Assembly: GCA_004764695.1 (NCBI GenBank)
Contig: SMSO01000004.1
Location: forward strand, 2,170,001 to 2,234,000
Direction: 5' to 3'
Source: Schizochytrium sp. TIO01
Taxonomy: Eukaryota; Protista; Bigyra: Labyrinthulomycetes
Length of the DNA: 64,000 nucleotides
Shown: in pieces, positions 35,973 to 46,993 of the stretch
Layout of the letters: every line of letters starts with the position of its first letter
How positions within the stretch are numbered: the stretch's first letter is position 1
Made by a program: the position numbers and the translations under genes
Notes under the pieces: generated by a model
Told to the model about the DNA's origin: nothing
Databases searched by the model: none
The model's input: only the letters and a program-made list of their open reading frames with translations

Positions 35973-37967
35973 AGTGTTCTTCTTTTAAAGTTATGCAGCT
36001 AACCGAAGCATTACGTACCTAAGACTTGCGACAGATTGAAGGTATGTTGATCTTTGTCCTCACGGAACATGTCGCAGACAGAACTGAGGAAGAACTCAAA
36101 GCGGAAATAAGGGCACTTTCCTTCGACTTCGCTGCTCATAAAAAGGGAAAGGCGAATGTCAGAAGAGGGACCAAACAGCTCCAACCCTCTTTAGGAGTAG
36201 CAATTGGCCATTCACCTGTTCCAAGACTAGTTTCGAGACCCAGGCTAATTAAGTCGTATCAATACATGCATACATCCATTATAATACGCACGAAGAAGAA
36301 GATATGAGGCATGTCTTCTCAACTTCTTCTCCCCCAAAAAACAAAAAACAGGGTCTCCAGGCTTCGTTGGTATCTGCAGAGGATATTATCTTTGTTGCGT
36401 ATTTTCGCCTTCTGAAATGAATTGAATTGTGGCGCATTCATCAATTATAACTTCACTTTGTTTGGGGGCAAAGTTGAAACTAAAATCAGAAAACCCGCCC
36501 TTTGCTCCTTCTTATGGCTATTATAAGGCCAAACTCCTCAGAATTCCTTGTTCCCTCCGTTAATCGCACCAACACATACGCAGAGAGGCCGGACGGTGCG
36601 GAGGCGAAGTGGCGTCAACCCTGAGTTACATACACTGTACGCTGCGATTGCAGATCGTCCAAGGTTTTGGGTTCTTCTTTCATCTCGCGAAGGAGAACAG
36701 AAATCGAAAGAAGCAGCCGCAGCAAACGACTCATGCGAAGGCAGGGAGCGCAAGAGTCCTCTTTCGAAACCAGAAGCGAGAGAGGCCTCGAAAGCGAGAC
36801 GCAGCAATTTGAAGATGAAGAGAAACCTAGCAAAGCGCAGAAGACCCCCTGAAAGCAACCCGCGGGGCGCTTGCCTGTGACGGCTTCGTTTGGAGAGATA
36901 CTAAGAGAAGACGAGATAGATAGATAAATTAAAGCAAACTAACTAAGAGGTACGTTTAGAACCACAGCAGCGAAAGGGAGGAGTCCTCGATAGATTTTGA
37001 AGAACAGTTCGAAGAAAGGAGAGAAAAGAAAGGAGAAAGCGAGCGGCTTGAAGAATGGCTGCGGCTTCTTCGCAGAAGATAGAGCGAGCGAAAGCAAGCA
37101 AGCAGGTCGTTCGTTCATGCGTTCTGAAGTAGGGTGCACGTACCTGTTGCCGCTTCGCTCGTCTGTTTTCTTGCAGGGAAAAGGAAAAGAGAGACTGGGA
37201 AGTCGCGCGTCAGCGCTTCCACAAAACAATGCCTCTTGGAAGCACTAAAAAGGAATTCAAAGCTTGATCTTGAGAGCGCTGAATTCCCCACACCCAACGG
37301 GTGCTCTCCTTCCTACTGTCACCTCCCTTTGGGTGCGAAGCAGAGTTTTTACTTTTACTAGTTGTTTTTTCAACAGGTCTGCATGTTTGTTTAGTATGAT
37401 GGTTTTGGTGTCTGTAGTAGTGAGGCATACGAGAGAGAGAGAGAGAGAGTCAATATCCGTCTCTCGGTATGTATGAATGTTTTCTTTCTTTGAAAAGGAA
37501 GGGCGTGAAAGACTTTCTTTCCCTGTAGAATAGAAGACAGGCACCAACACCAAATTGAAAACACCCGTCTTTTATTTATTTATTTATGCAAGCTTTTGTT
37601 TCTTTTTTTCTTTGTTTCTTCTCTTTCTGCCTATCTAAACATATTTTAAAAATTGGTATAAAGAAAGTCGCTGATTGATTGATTGATTGATGGTGTCGCG
37701 AAAGAAGGACGGGTGGAAGGGTTTAGGGGAAAGCGCCGCAGACCTGTTGACCCTCTGTAGCCGACGTTGAAGGCCGATGCTCGAAGCAGAGAAGATATTC
37801 GCAGACTCGCCGCAAAGACAGACAGAGACTGCGGCACTTCAGGCAGCCGGCCTCCCCTTCGTCCTCTTCGCCGATCCCTGGTTCTCGCAGGCTTGCTTTG
37901 TTGTTTGCGAACAAAGTCCATCACTCCAAAGCCTTCTCTCATTCATTCGATCCCTCATTTTTTTCTC

Positions 37968-37968
<1 letters not shown>

Positions 37969-38007
<39 letters not shown>
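37969..38007 (+). repeat. (TTA)n microsatellite
   Basis: Directly visible. Confidence 0.9.
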
Positions 38008-38009
<2 letters not shown>

Positions 38010-38334
38010 TTATCTTTCTTTCTCCGGTTTTCTCCACGACACGAACTATTTACGATTGAGGGTTTTTCCCATGTCGTCGGGGAAACAAAACAGAGACTGA
38101 CTGAGCAAGAACTGCTTTCTTTTCAAACCCTTGTGAGCGTAAACCCGCATAGAAGAGAGAAAGAAGAGGTCGCGAGAACTAACTAACTAACCAAGCAACG
38201 AACGAACTAACCAACTAAACTAACAGCGGCAGAGAAAACACCTCATCGAAGTCTCACTGTAGGACTAGCCGAAGCAAGGAGACTTGGGAACTGACGAGCA
38301 GAAACGGTCGAGCGCCGAAAAACAAGAGAGAAGC

Positions 38335-38367
<33 letters not shown>

Positions 38368-38619
38368 TGAAGAGAAAAGCGCGGATGGATCTTCTTAAGC
38401 AGAGCAGAGGATGCCTGACCCTGTTGTACACAGGCAGAGACAGCGGAAGGAGCAAAAGAAAGGTGAGCGAGTCGAAGAGGAAACCAGCCTTCCTTTCTCT
38501 TGCTTTTTCTTCTTCTTGTTTTCGATTTTGCTTTTTGCTTTTGCTTTTTGCTTTTCAAGGCCGCTGTTTGGTTAGACACGGAAAATTAGTTCACCTGTTT
38601 GATTGAAGAGAAAGAAGCA

Positions 38620-38622
<3 letters not shown>

Positions 38623-38664
<42 letters not shown>

Positions 38665-38666
38665 AA
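38623..38666 (+). repeat. (AAAG)n microsatellite
   Basis: Directly visible. Confidence 0.9.
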
Positions 38667-40470
38667 ACCACGAAAAGCGCGACCGCTGAATTGGCAGAGA
38701 GGCTCTTCGACTTTTCGGATTGAAGGAAAGTGATAATTTAATTTGAATGACTTTCACTCCAATAGTATATTACGGCCTTTATTATTATTATTATTATTTT
38801 AAAGCTGGGGTCGGTGAAACAGAGAGAACCTTTGAAAGTCCAAAGCTATGGGAAAGGAGGCGAGAAAGCTCGTTTACAAGACCCGGTGTGGTCATTTCAA
38901 CCCCCAAACAAATATGATTCGTTTTGTTTTTCTTCTATTTCGAACGAAAAATTGATGATGGAATCGAGAAAAAGTTGTGAAAGAAAGCCTTTAGTGGGTA
39001 TGAAAGGGAGGAGGAATGAAAGTTGACTGAATCTCTCGTTTGCTTTGTTTGAGAAGCAGGAACGACGTAAAAAGGTGTTTTCTCTCTCTCTCTGAATCTA
39101 TCTGCCTCTCTTCTCCTGCTGTGTGCTGCTTCTTTGAAAGTTGGGAATAATTAATTAATTAATTCATCGCAGAATAAGTTGGTCTCCGAATCACCGCGCC
39201 TCTTTCCCTCCCTCGCTCTCGCCTGCTCTGCCTTTGGAGGAGCTTCTCGACTCCCTCTCACTCGATTCTGCTCTTCTTCTTCACACGCGGAGGGCAGAGC
39301 AGCAGAAAGGGAGGGACGACGAGAGAGAGAGAGAGAGAAAGCCAATCAATCAATCAATCAATCTAAATCAATCAATCAATCCAATGCGCTTTTCTTTCTT
39401 TCTCTCTTTCTCCAAAAAAGCACCAGAGCCTGAAAATTCCCTCTCTCCATGGCGAGTTTAGTACGACAATTGAAACTGTGTTCTCTCTTCCTCTTTCTTT
39501 CTTGTTTCTTCTTCTTTCGCTCGACAGAACGCTCCCTCCCCATTATCTTCACCCCTCAAACTATTTTGAAAAGAAATTGAATAGAAAGAAAGCGGAGAGA
39601 TGAAGCGCCGAGAGAAGACGAACGCCAGCCGTCCCAGCCACCGCCGCGGTCTTTCTTCATTCACAAAGAGGATTTTTTTCTTTCTTTTTCTTTCTTGTGA
39701 TAGATGGAGACATATATTTACTATTATGTGTATTTGTAGGATTTTGATGCGAATCCACGATTTTTAAAAAGAGAAGAAATGTTTTGGGGTCGAAAGGGGC
39801 TGTGAACCTCTTTCTTGTTCTTAATTATTCTTCGTTTGATCGCTGTTTTCGTCGGTCGATGCGTCGATTTGCAGGGAAAGACAGATGAAGAAGCGCCTTC
39901 GTTCCCTTGAAATTGGGGTTTCTGCGTACGAAGCTTTGCGCTGTTGAGCTCGCGCTTTGGTTTGAAGCAAAGAGAACCGTGGTCGGTAATGCTTTTCGCA
40001 GTCCTTCTTTTCTTCTTCTCGCGGTTTTCGCGATGGCAAAGGGAAAAAAAGCGAGAAGGAGGAAGAAGAAGAAAGATAAAGAGAGCTCTCTGTTCTACTG
40101 CTTTATTTACAGTGAGTGATTCTGAGAGAGAGATGAACCTTTTTTTCTTTTCTTTTTACTTTTTTTTTCACTCTTTTCTGTTTGAATGACCGATTGAGCG
40201 ATCGAGGAATTCAGTTGTATTTTATTGATCAAGTGTATTTTTTTTAGAGGTATTCATAATAATAATGAGCACTTGAAGATCGATTGATTGTTGAATGGTT
40301 CTGCTGCTTTGCTCGAAGCTAAGGATGCCTACAGCTATAGCAAAGCTGTCACAGCGACTGTTGTATTGTGATGCCGTGTCTGCGATATCTACAAAAGGTG
40401 AAATGGGCACCAGGAATGAACGAATTCGAGTCCTCCTTCTTTGTTTGGACCTCTCAGTTTCCCCGGCGCT

Positions 40471-40495
40471 TTCTTTCTTTCTCTCTTTCTTTCAT

Positions 40496-40555
<60 letters not shown>

Positions 40556-40557
40556 TC
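40471..40557 (+). repeat. (CTTT)n microsatellite
   Basis: Directly visible. Confidence 0.9.
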
Positions 40558-40955
40558 AGACTTCCTCCTAAGTTCTTCTTTCCCCTCTGCCACATTTAAT
40601 CATGTTATTGAATGTGGTTTAAACTTGATTCAATTATAGTTATAAGCAATCACAAAATTATGATTGTTTTATCATTATTACTTTTTTACCTTTTTTACTT
40701 TATTTTATCTTTTAAGAGGGAAGTAAATAGTCTTGTTGGATTCACTCCTACTTACTTTTTTTTCCTTCCTGTCTCTCGCCTCTGTTTTGCCTTCTTTATT
40801 TTTCATTCTTTTCATGGCAACACTAACATTGCATTGAAAAACTCATTGTGATTTAGCCTTTTAATTCCTTTTAGCTTTCTCTGGAGTTGATTTAAATACT
40901 ACTTCCTTACTTACTTTCTTGGGGCCTCACACTATCATTAATATGGTGTCTGTCA

Positions 40956-40982
40956 AGTCAGCGCTCGGGCGGCGAGTCAGCG
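40956..40982 (-). promoter_or_regulatory. Tandem pair of CGCTGACT motifs in the putative MYB proximal promoter
   Basis: AGTCAGCG at 40956-40963 and 40975-40982, at the AT-rich to GC-rich transition about 410-430 nt upstream of the MYB ATG. The same 8-mer recurs 12 more times upstream. Confidence 0.45.
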
Positions 40983-41388
40983 GCATCAAACCCGAATCAC
41001 CCTCGTTCTTCGAGCTCCGCCGCCCCGGCGCAGTGCCTCCCTAGAAGACCAACCCTCCTACCCTCCCACCCGAAGTAGCGAGGAGTCCTTTCTCCCCAGA
41101 CAAGCAAAGTAAACTCCTGTTCAAGCAAACGCTCGTGCAGAGTCCAGCTCGAGTCCATCTCTTGTTGTTCTGTCGGTCCATCCAAACCCGAAAACCCCTC
41201 TTGGCTTGGCTGATCTCCAGATCACGAAGACAAGAAGACCACTACAACGAGAACAACAAGAACAGTGTGAGTTGCAGCCGAAAGATCGCCTCCCGTTGAT
41301 CCTGGCCGCAGCTCAAGTGCACCAGACCCCCAAACAAAGCAAAGAGCAGCAGCAGTACAAAGCCGCAGCACAAGCAAAAACCACAATA

Positions 41389-43206
41389 ATGGCCGAAGCA
41401 GGACGCCTTCTCCTTGAAGGCATGACCATCTCTGGCCCGTCCTCAATGGACGCGAACGAGAAGCGCATGACCAAGCGTCAGCTGTCCAATGGAACATACA
41501 ACAATGCCGCACCCGCGCCCCAGTTCCAGCGTGTATCATTCCTTGGTGCAAGGAAACCCGGTGTTGTGCCCCGCATGTGGACCGCCGCCGAAGATGAGAA
41601 CCTCCGCGCCGCTGTTGCCAAGCACGGCGAGAAGAACTGGCGCAACATCGCCGAGGAGATCGAGGGCCGCAACCACCTTCAGTGCCTCCAGCGCTGGAAG
41701 AAGGCCCTTAGACCTGGTCTCGTCAAGGGCCAGTGGACCAAAGAAGAGGACGCCCATCTTCTCGACCTCATCAAGACTTACACTGAGAAGAACAACATCT
41801 CCTCTGTGAACTGGCAGGCTATCTCTCAGCAGATTCATGGACGCAACGCCAAGCAGTGCCGCGAGCGCTGGTTCCTCAACCTTGACCCCTCAATTAACCG
41901 TGGACCCTGGACCCCCGCAGAAGACCGCTGCCTGCTCGAGCTCGCAGCTCAGTTCGGAGGCCGCTGGTCCCTCATCTCCAAGAACATGGAGGGTCGCACT
42001 GAGAACATGGTCAAGACCCGTTACCAGAGCCTTCAGCGCCAGGAAGCTCGCTCTCGTGGCTGGACTGATAACGAGGACAACACCCTCATCCAGGCAGCCA
42101 TGATGTTTGGACGCAACTGGACCAAGATCTCTAAGCAGCTCCCGGGACGCTCCAAGGGCCAGGTCCGCAAGCGGTTTACCCAGGTCACCCAAAACCGCCC
42201 CGATATTGTACAGCAGATCGAGAACATCGAGGAGCAAATCGCAAACGGACGCATCGCCGTACCAGAACTCCCCCCTGCACCTATTCAGCCCATCGCCACA
42301 AGCTCCCTCCCACACACCGCAGCGCTTGTTGGCGGCAACAACTCCGGATACGGCATGGCTCACCAGCACGGAGGTTACAACTTCGCACCGTCGCAGCAGC
42401 CCACACCGCCCCCGCAACCGAACGGCAACATGCCCTATGTTTCTGACTTCGGCATGGACAGCTTCGCATCAACCATGGGAAACAAGCACGCCAGCGGACA
42501 GCAGGACCGCCAAAAGGGTATGTTCCGCAAGTACGGAAGCTCCTGGATGGCCGGCATCGCCGACAATCTCGATGGATCCAACCCAGCACAGCTCTCCTCC
42601 TATTCGTCCACTTTGGGCGGTCTTAACAACATGCGAAGGACCAGCTCTCAGAAGATCCTCGGAGACATCTTTCGCTCCAGCGATGGTGCTGAGAACCTCA
42701 TGCCGCCTCCCTCCATGCAGTCTGCTGGATCCGCAGGCATGCAGCGCCCCCAGGATACCAACTTCATGCTCCTTGACAAGTTTCTTGCCAACGAGTCTGG
42801 TCCCAACGTGAACAACATCAACAACATGAACGGTGGCTCACCAGGTACCACTGACACCTCCGAGTTCCCCCCCTCCCTTGGCGGCGAGGCACCCCCTCTC
42901 AACCGTCAGCAGCACCACCAACACCAGCAGCAACAGCAGCAGAAGGGTCTTCGCGCCTACAACTCGTGGGGCTCCGTCGGTGGCATGAACTCTGGATCCG
43001 GTAACGACTTTGCCCAGCTCTTCTCTGTTGACTCCAACATGGGAATGCAGTCCGGTGTTGGCTCCAGTGGTAGCAACTTCAACTTTGGCGGCCCCTCCAA
43101 GTCTCTTCAGCACAAGATGTCTAGCTCCAACTGGCAGACTGGCCCTGTGCTTCACCAGTACGAGAGCGCTGGTGGTGACATGAAGAACCTCCTCAACATG
43201 CTCTAA
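41389..43206 (+). CDS. MYB transcription factor with four Myb repeats and a Q/N/S/G-rich C-terminal region
   Basis: Repeats begin WTAAED, WTKEED, WTPAED and WTDNED, with GRNHLQCLQRW, GRNAKQCRERW, GRTENMVKTRY and GRSKGQVRKRF recognition helices. First ATG is at 41389 (track start 41206 is TTG). Strong C-ending codon bias. Confidence 0.95.
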   Translation: MAEAGRLLLEGMTISGPSSMDANEKRMTKRQLSNGTYNNAAPAPQFQRVSFLGARKPGVVPRMWTAAEDENLRAAVAKHGEKNWRNIAEEIEGRNHLQCLQRWKKALRPGLVKGQWTKEEDAHLLDLIKTYTEKNNISSVNWQAISQQIHGRNAKQCRERWFLNLDPSINRGPWTPAEDRCLLELAAQFGGRWSLISKNMEGRTENMVKTRYQSLQRQEARSRGWTDNEDNTLIQAAMMFGRNWTKISKQLPGRSKGQVRKRFTQVTQNRPDIVQQIENIEEQIANGRIAVPELPPAPIQPIATSSLPHTAALVGGNNSGYGMAHQHGGYNFAPSQQPTPPPQPNGNMPYVSDFGMDSFASTMGNKHASGQQDRQKGMFRKYGSSWMAGIADNLDGSNPAQLSSYSSTLGGLNNMRRTSSQKILGDIFRSSDGAENLMPPPSMQSAGSAGMQRPQDTNFMLLDKFLANESGPNVNNINNMNGGSPGTTDTSEFPPSLGGEAPPLNRQQHHQHQQQQQQKGLRAYNSWGSVGGMNSGSGNDFAQLFSVDSNMGMQSGVGSSGSNFNFGGPSKSLQHKMSSSNWQTGPVLHQYESAGGDMKNLLNML

Positions 43207-44183
43207 GTGTACACTTGTCTTTTATTGGTTTCTTTGATCTGCCTGCCCCCCCCGACGACAGACAACCTATATAACACAAACACATTGCCTGTCTCTTCCT
43301 GCCGCTGATGATGATGATGATCTATGACTGATGCCTGCCATCCCCGTTTCTTCTTCACGATTTGTTCCTCGTGTTTACCATCACACGATGCAGCATTTCC
43401 TCCTTTACCCTTTTTCACGGTACATAATATCTTGCAATTGTGAACTCTCCCGCCTCTCTCACTGCACATGCACACATAAACCTTTTTTCGAGAGAGAGCG
43501 CGCGCAGGGATCCCTACCTGGAATGGAACAAAATGCAATGCATGAACATAGTCTATAACAAAAAAAGATTTCGTGCATAGTTTTTCATGCACGAAAAACA
43601 AGCGCAGTGCAGCGTTTGATTTGTTTTCCTTCCACACACACAAGTGCCCTCTGCTCACAAAGTCACTCACATTTCCTTTCCATGACTACGACTCACAATA
43701 CGCGAGCCGCAAGACTGTTGAAACACCACTCTTCAGAGACGAACAACTGTAACGATATAAATTTTCTCACTCCTTTTATCCATTTCCCCTTTTTTTTTTT
43801 TGCAAACATTACACCAACAAATCACTGATTATATATATGCTTCAAATTGTTACTGCAAAGATTTGTAATTCTTGTTCCGTGCCTCGTATCAAGTTCTCAC
43901 AAGAATAGGTAGGTAGTGTACTTCCTTCTTTGATGATCAATCCTCACTATGAACTTTCTTGGTTTGGCCTGTGCTGTATATCTTTCCAGCTTTCTTTGTT
44001 CACGAAAATTTCCACACTCATTTCTCTCTCAGGACATTTTGTGAGTATAAGTAGTGCATGTATCAGAGCATAGTCAAGCTACTTTCAGTATTACCCATCA
44101 CAGTCCTGGGAAACTCTAGTCAAACTAGAAAAAGAAGATGCAAAGGAGGAGAAACAAAAACAAACAATATCATTAATCGTTTA

Positions 44184-44909
44184 TTACATTTTACAGACGT
44201 CAGCGTCGAGACGTACACACTGGTCCGTGCCTTTAAAGTCAGGCAAATCCGTCAGGTTGTACTTTTCACGGTACTTTGGAGGCAAGAAACGACCACCCAA
44301 ATAGTGGTGTTCGCCGGTAAAGTGCGCTGCACAAAGCTTTGGGGCTGTCAGTGAAATCAACATTGAAGGACGAATCCCATCACCGTTGACATCACCTTCC
44401 TCTACATCCCAGCCTGAAGGAATATCCACAGAGGCAATCGGTAAGTCTGTTGTTTTCAAACGATCCATGATGGTGTCAAATGGCGCACGCACGCCACCAC
44501 TTGGGGAAAAGGAGAATCCAAAAATCGCATCAACCACCATATCATACTGAGCCTTGTCAAATGCCTCGGGAGTATCCATGATCACAGGAACGTCAAGATC
44601 GTCAAGTTGCGCGAGTAATGCAGAATAAAAAAGACCAGTGCCAGAATCCTTGGGTTTCTTCGGGTACAGAACAGTTGGCTTGTATCCAAAATGATACAAA
44701 TGCCGAGCTGCAACAAGGCCGTCTCCGCCATTGTTACCAGGCCCGCACACTACAAGCATACGGGTAGCCACAGGCCAAACTGCTGCGATAGCACAAGCCA
44801 CCGAAAGCCCAGCGAGCTCCATAAGTTGCTCAAGAGCAAAGCCTGGCGTTCCCATGAGCTCCTGATCGAGTTGTTGCGCTAGGCGCTGACCCAACATCAA
44901 GTGACGCAT
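44184..44909 (-). CDS. NAXE: NAD(P)H-hydrate epimerase (YjeF_N family)
   Basis: LMELAGLSVA, CGPGNNGGDGLVAARHL, VVDAIFGFSF, SVDIPSGWDVE, LISLTAPK and HYLGGRF motifs. First ATG is at 44909 (track start is TTG). Confidence 0.96.
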   Translation of the reverse strand: MRHLMLGQRLAQQLDQELMGTPGFALEQLMELAGLSVACAIAAVWPVATRMLVVCGPGNNGGDGLVAARHLYHFGYKPTVLYPKKPKDSGTGLFYSALLAQLDDLDVPVIMDTPEAFDKAQYDMVVDAIFGFSFSPSGGVRAPFDTIMDRLKTTDLPIASVDIPSGWDVEEGDVNGDGIRPSMLISLTAPKLCAAHFTGEHHYLGGRFLPPKYREKYNLTDLPDFKGTDQCVRLDADVCKM

Positions 44910-46018
44910 CTTTGGCGAACCCTTTTGATGGATGATCGATAACTCACAGCAATCAAGCCCTACGTATCCTTTGACTCTGACAGTCAGCCCTCTAGCAGAG
45001 CAACCCCGAACAGTACACCTATGATCAACGCCTTTCTTCAAGTCTTCTAGACCTGGGTCTTCTATGCAGAATCAACCCGCCAATCTTCAAGCAGAGATTG
45101 GAGATCTGCAGCAGTCCTTCGCCTCGCTGCTGAAGCAAAAAAGGACCAAGGACGTTTCGATGCAACGTTAGCCTCCACCTAACTTTAAATCTAAGAGTTG
45201 AAGTTCTACACACAGAAAAGATTAAAAGAAGATTTCGAATACATAACTAGACGCCATGAGCTTAGTTCACATAGGCAAGGTCTTTGCAGCCTATTTAATT
45301 TGCAGAAACTGACTGTTTGCTAATTTTTAAATAAACGAATGCCTTGCAGCAATGCGTTTTAATCTTGGTATAACAAAATCAGAGTTAAAATCAATTGATT
45401 GGAGCTTGACAAGCACCTTGGTGAAGCTATGCTTTAACTTGAGTTTTCCTCTGGGTAAAAGGGTTGATAAAAACAGCTTCTGATTACAGAAAACACCATT
45501 CCATGGTATATTTTAAGAGCAAGTGAGCATGTTCTATTCTATAATGCTGACGGAATCAGTAGCACACATGACAAAAAGATCTTGTTTATTGAGGTTAATT
45601 ATGTTGACGTCAAATTGTTTCATTAGGCTGTGATAAGCTCTGTCTTGTAGATTGTATGATCCAGCAAGGCTTGGTTGTTCAGGATGCTGGAAAGAACTAG
45701 GATGCAAAGAAAGAGAGTCGCTTGTGACGCCAACAGAGACTAGTGGTAGCAGTTTTGCAAAAGGCGGGGAAGGGAATGCAAATGTGGTTTCATGGCAGGT
45801 TGTTCAAATGAAAGGAGACAATTTAGGCAAAGGGTGGTCGCTCATCGCACGGCGTGTGCCATGCGAACAAGCAATAATACCAACGAATCTCTCCCACGTT
45901 CCAAAACGATTTAATTGAATGCGCAGCCAGAGACACAAGGTATGATAAGCAAGTGATAAATGGGAAAGTATTAAAAGACCACCCCTGTACTCGTTTTTCG
46001 TACCATCGAAGGATTAGT

Positions 46019-46993
46019 TTAGTTCTGCTTGTCCGCAGCAGGCGCAGGCGCAGCAGCAGATGCTGCTGCAGCAGAAACAGACGCAGGGGCGGCGCCCTCC
46101 GTCGGGCGAGTCCACGAAGTCTCACGAGTCTCAACGTTCCACCAATAGGTGCGGCCATCAGCGGCCAGAGCAGGGCGCCATAATGATTCCAGCTCTGTAG
46201 GGTGAGCATCAAGCTCAAGCCAAGAAAGCTTGCCTTCAAAAACAGCATCACGGTCGAGGCGCTCGAGGCTGCTCACCTGGTTACGCACATAATCAGCAAG
46301 ACGGAAAACACACTCATCAGGCACGGACTCATCACTCTGGTAGACGTTACGCCAAAGAGCACTCCCGAGCTCAAGGTTCTCATCGTTAGTGATGTTGAGA
46401 CCGTGGTCGTAGGAAATGGCAGCAGCGAAGCACTTCTTCTGCACCTCAGAGAGGTGCTTGTTAACGGTGAGTTCGTGCACACCGGTTGCACGCACGTAGC
46501 GAGTAGTCTGTTCCCAGCAGGCATCAAACAGAGCCTCCTGAAGGTCGCGACCTCCCTCGTCCTCCACGAGAAGGCGACGGTGCACCATCCAGACGTGAAG
46601 CATTGTCAATTGCTGACGAAGGTGGAAATTCTGCACGTCATACCAGTCAATATTAAGGCCGAACGAGAGGTCTTTGTTTGCAATTTGAGCTTGCTCCTCG
46701 CAGCTCCGGTACAAGGCCTGGCCGTGGCGCAGGTCACGGCTCTCCTTGGTGTAGAAGCCGAGCAGACGAAGCACCCAACCGTAGCGCTTCTCAAGCATGG
46801 ACTCCTGCTGGTCGATTGTGGGAGGCCGCACGCCCTGGGCCAAAAGGCTCGTCGCACTTTTGTGAAAGTTTGCACGAGGAACAGCCCACACGCCCCAGCC
46901 CTCCTGAGGCTTGGTCATTGGGCGGCTTGATCGCAGGACGCTCGAGCGAGACGCATAGCGTTGCAAGAGGGGTTTGGCGAGCTTGGTCAACAT
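46019..46993 (-). CDS. UQCC1: Ubiquinol-cytochrome c reductase chaperone (Cbp3/UQCC1) with mitochondrial presequence and C-terminal WW domain
   Basis: Arg/Ser-rich, acid-free N-terminus. LTMLHVWMVHRRL, SYDHGL, LGSALWRNVY and LADYVR match the Cbp3/UQCC1 family pattern. WRPALAADGRTYWWNVETRETSWTRP fits the WW consensus. Confidence 0.9.
   Translation of the reverse strand: MLTKLAKPLLQRYASRSSVLRSSRPMTKPQEGWGVWAVPRANFHKSATSLLAQGVRPPTIDQQESMLEKRYGWVLRLLGFYTKESRDLRHGQALYRSCEEQAQIANKDLSFGLNIDWYDVQNFHLRQQLTMLHVWMVHRRLLVEDEGGRDLQEALFDACWEQTTRYVRATGVHELTVNKHLSEVQKKCFAAAISYDHGLNITNDENLELGSALWRNVYQSDESVPDECVFRLADYVRNQVSSLERLDRDAVFEGKLSWLELDAHPTELESLWRPALAADGRTYWWNVETRETSWTRPTEGAAPASVSAAAASAAAPAPAADKQN

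Noticed and set aside
41113-41388. In-frame open leader before the MYB ATG (similar TTG-started extensions on NAXE and aldolase)
   Set aside because: Short enough to be ordinary 5' UTR; TTG/GTG starts come from the prokaryote-style ORF track.
42107-42811. 234-aa alternative-frame ORF within MYB
   Set aside because: By-product of C-ending codon bias; S/T/P/R-rich with no motifs.
46202-46930. 242-aa + strand ORF
   Set aside because: Antisense to UQCC1; no recognisable product.
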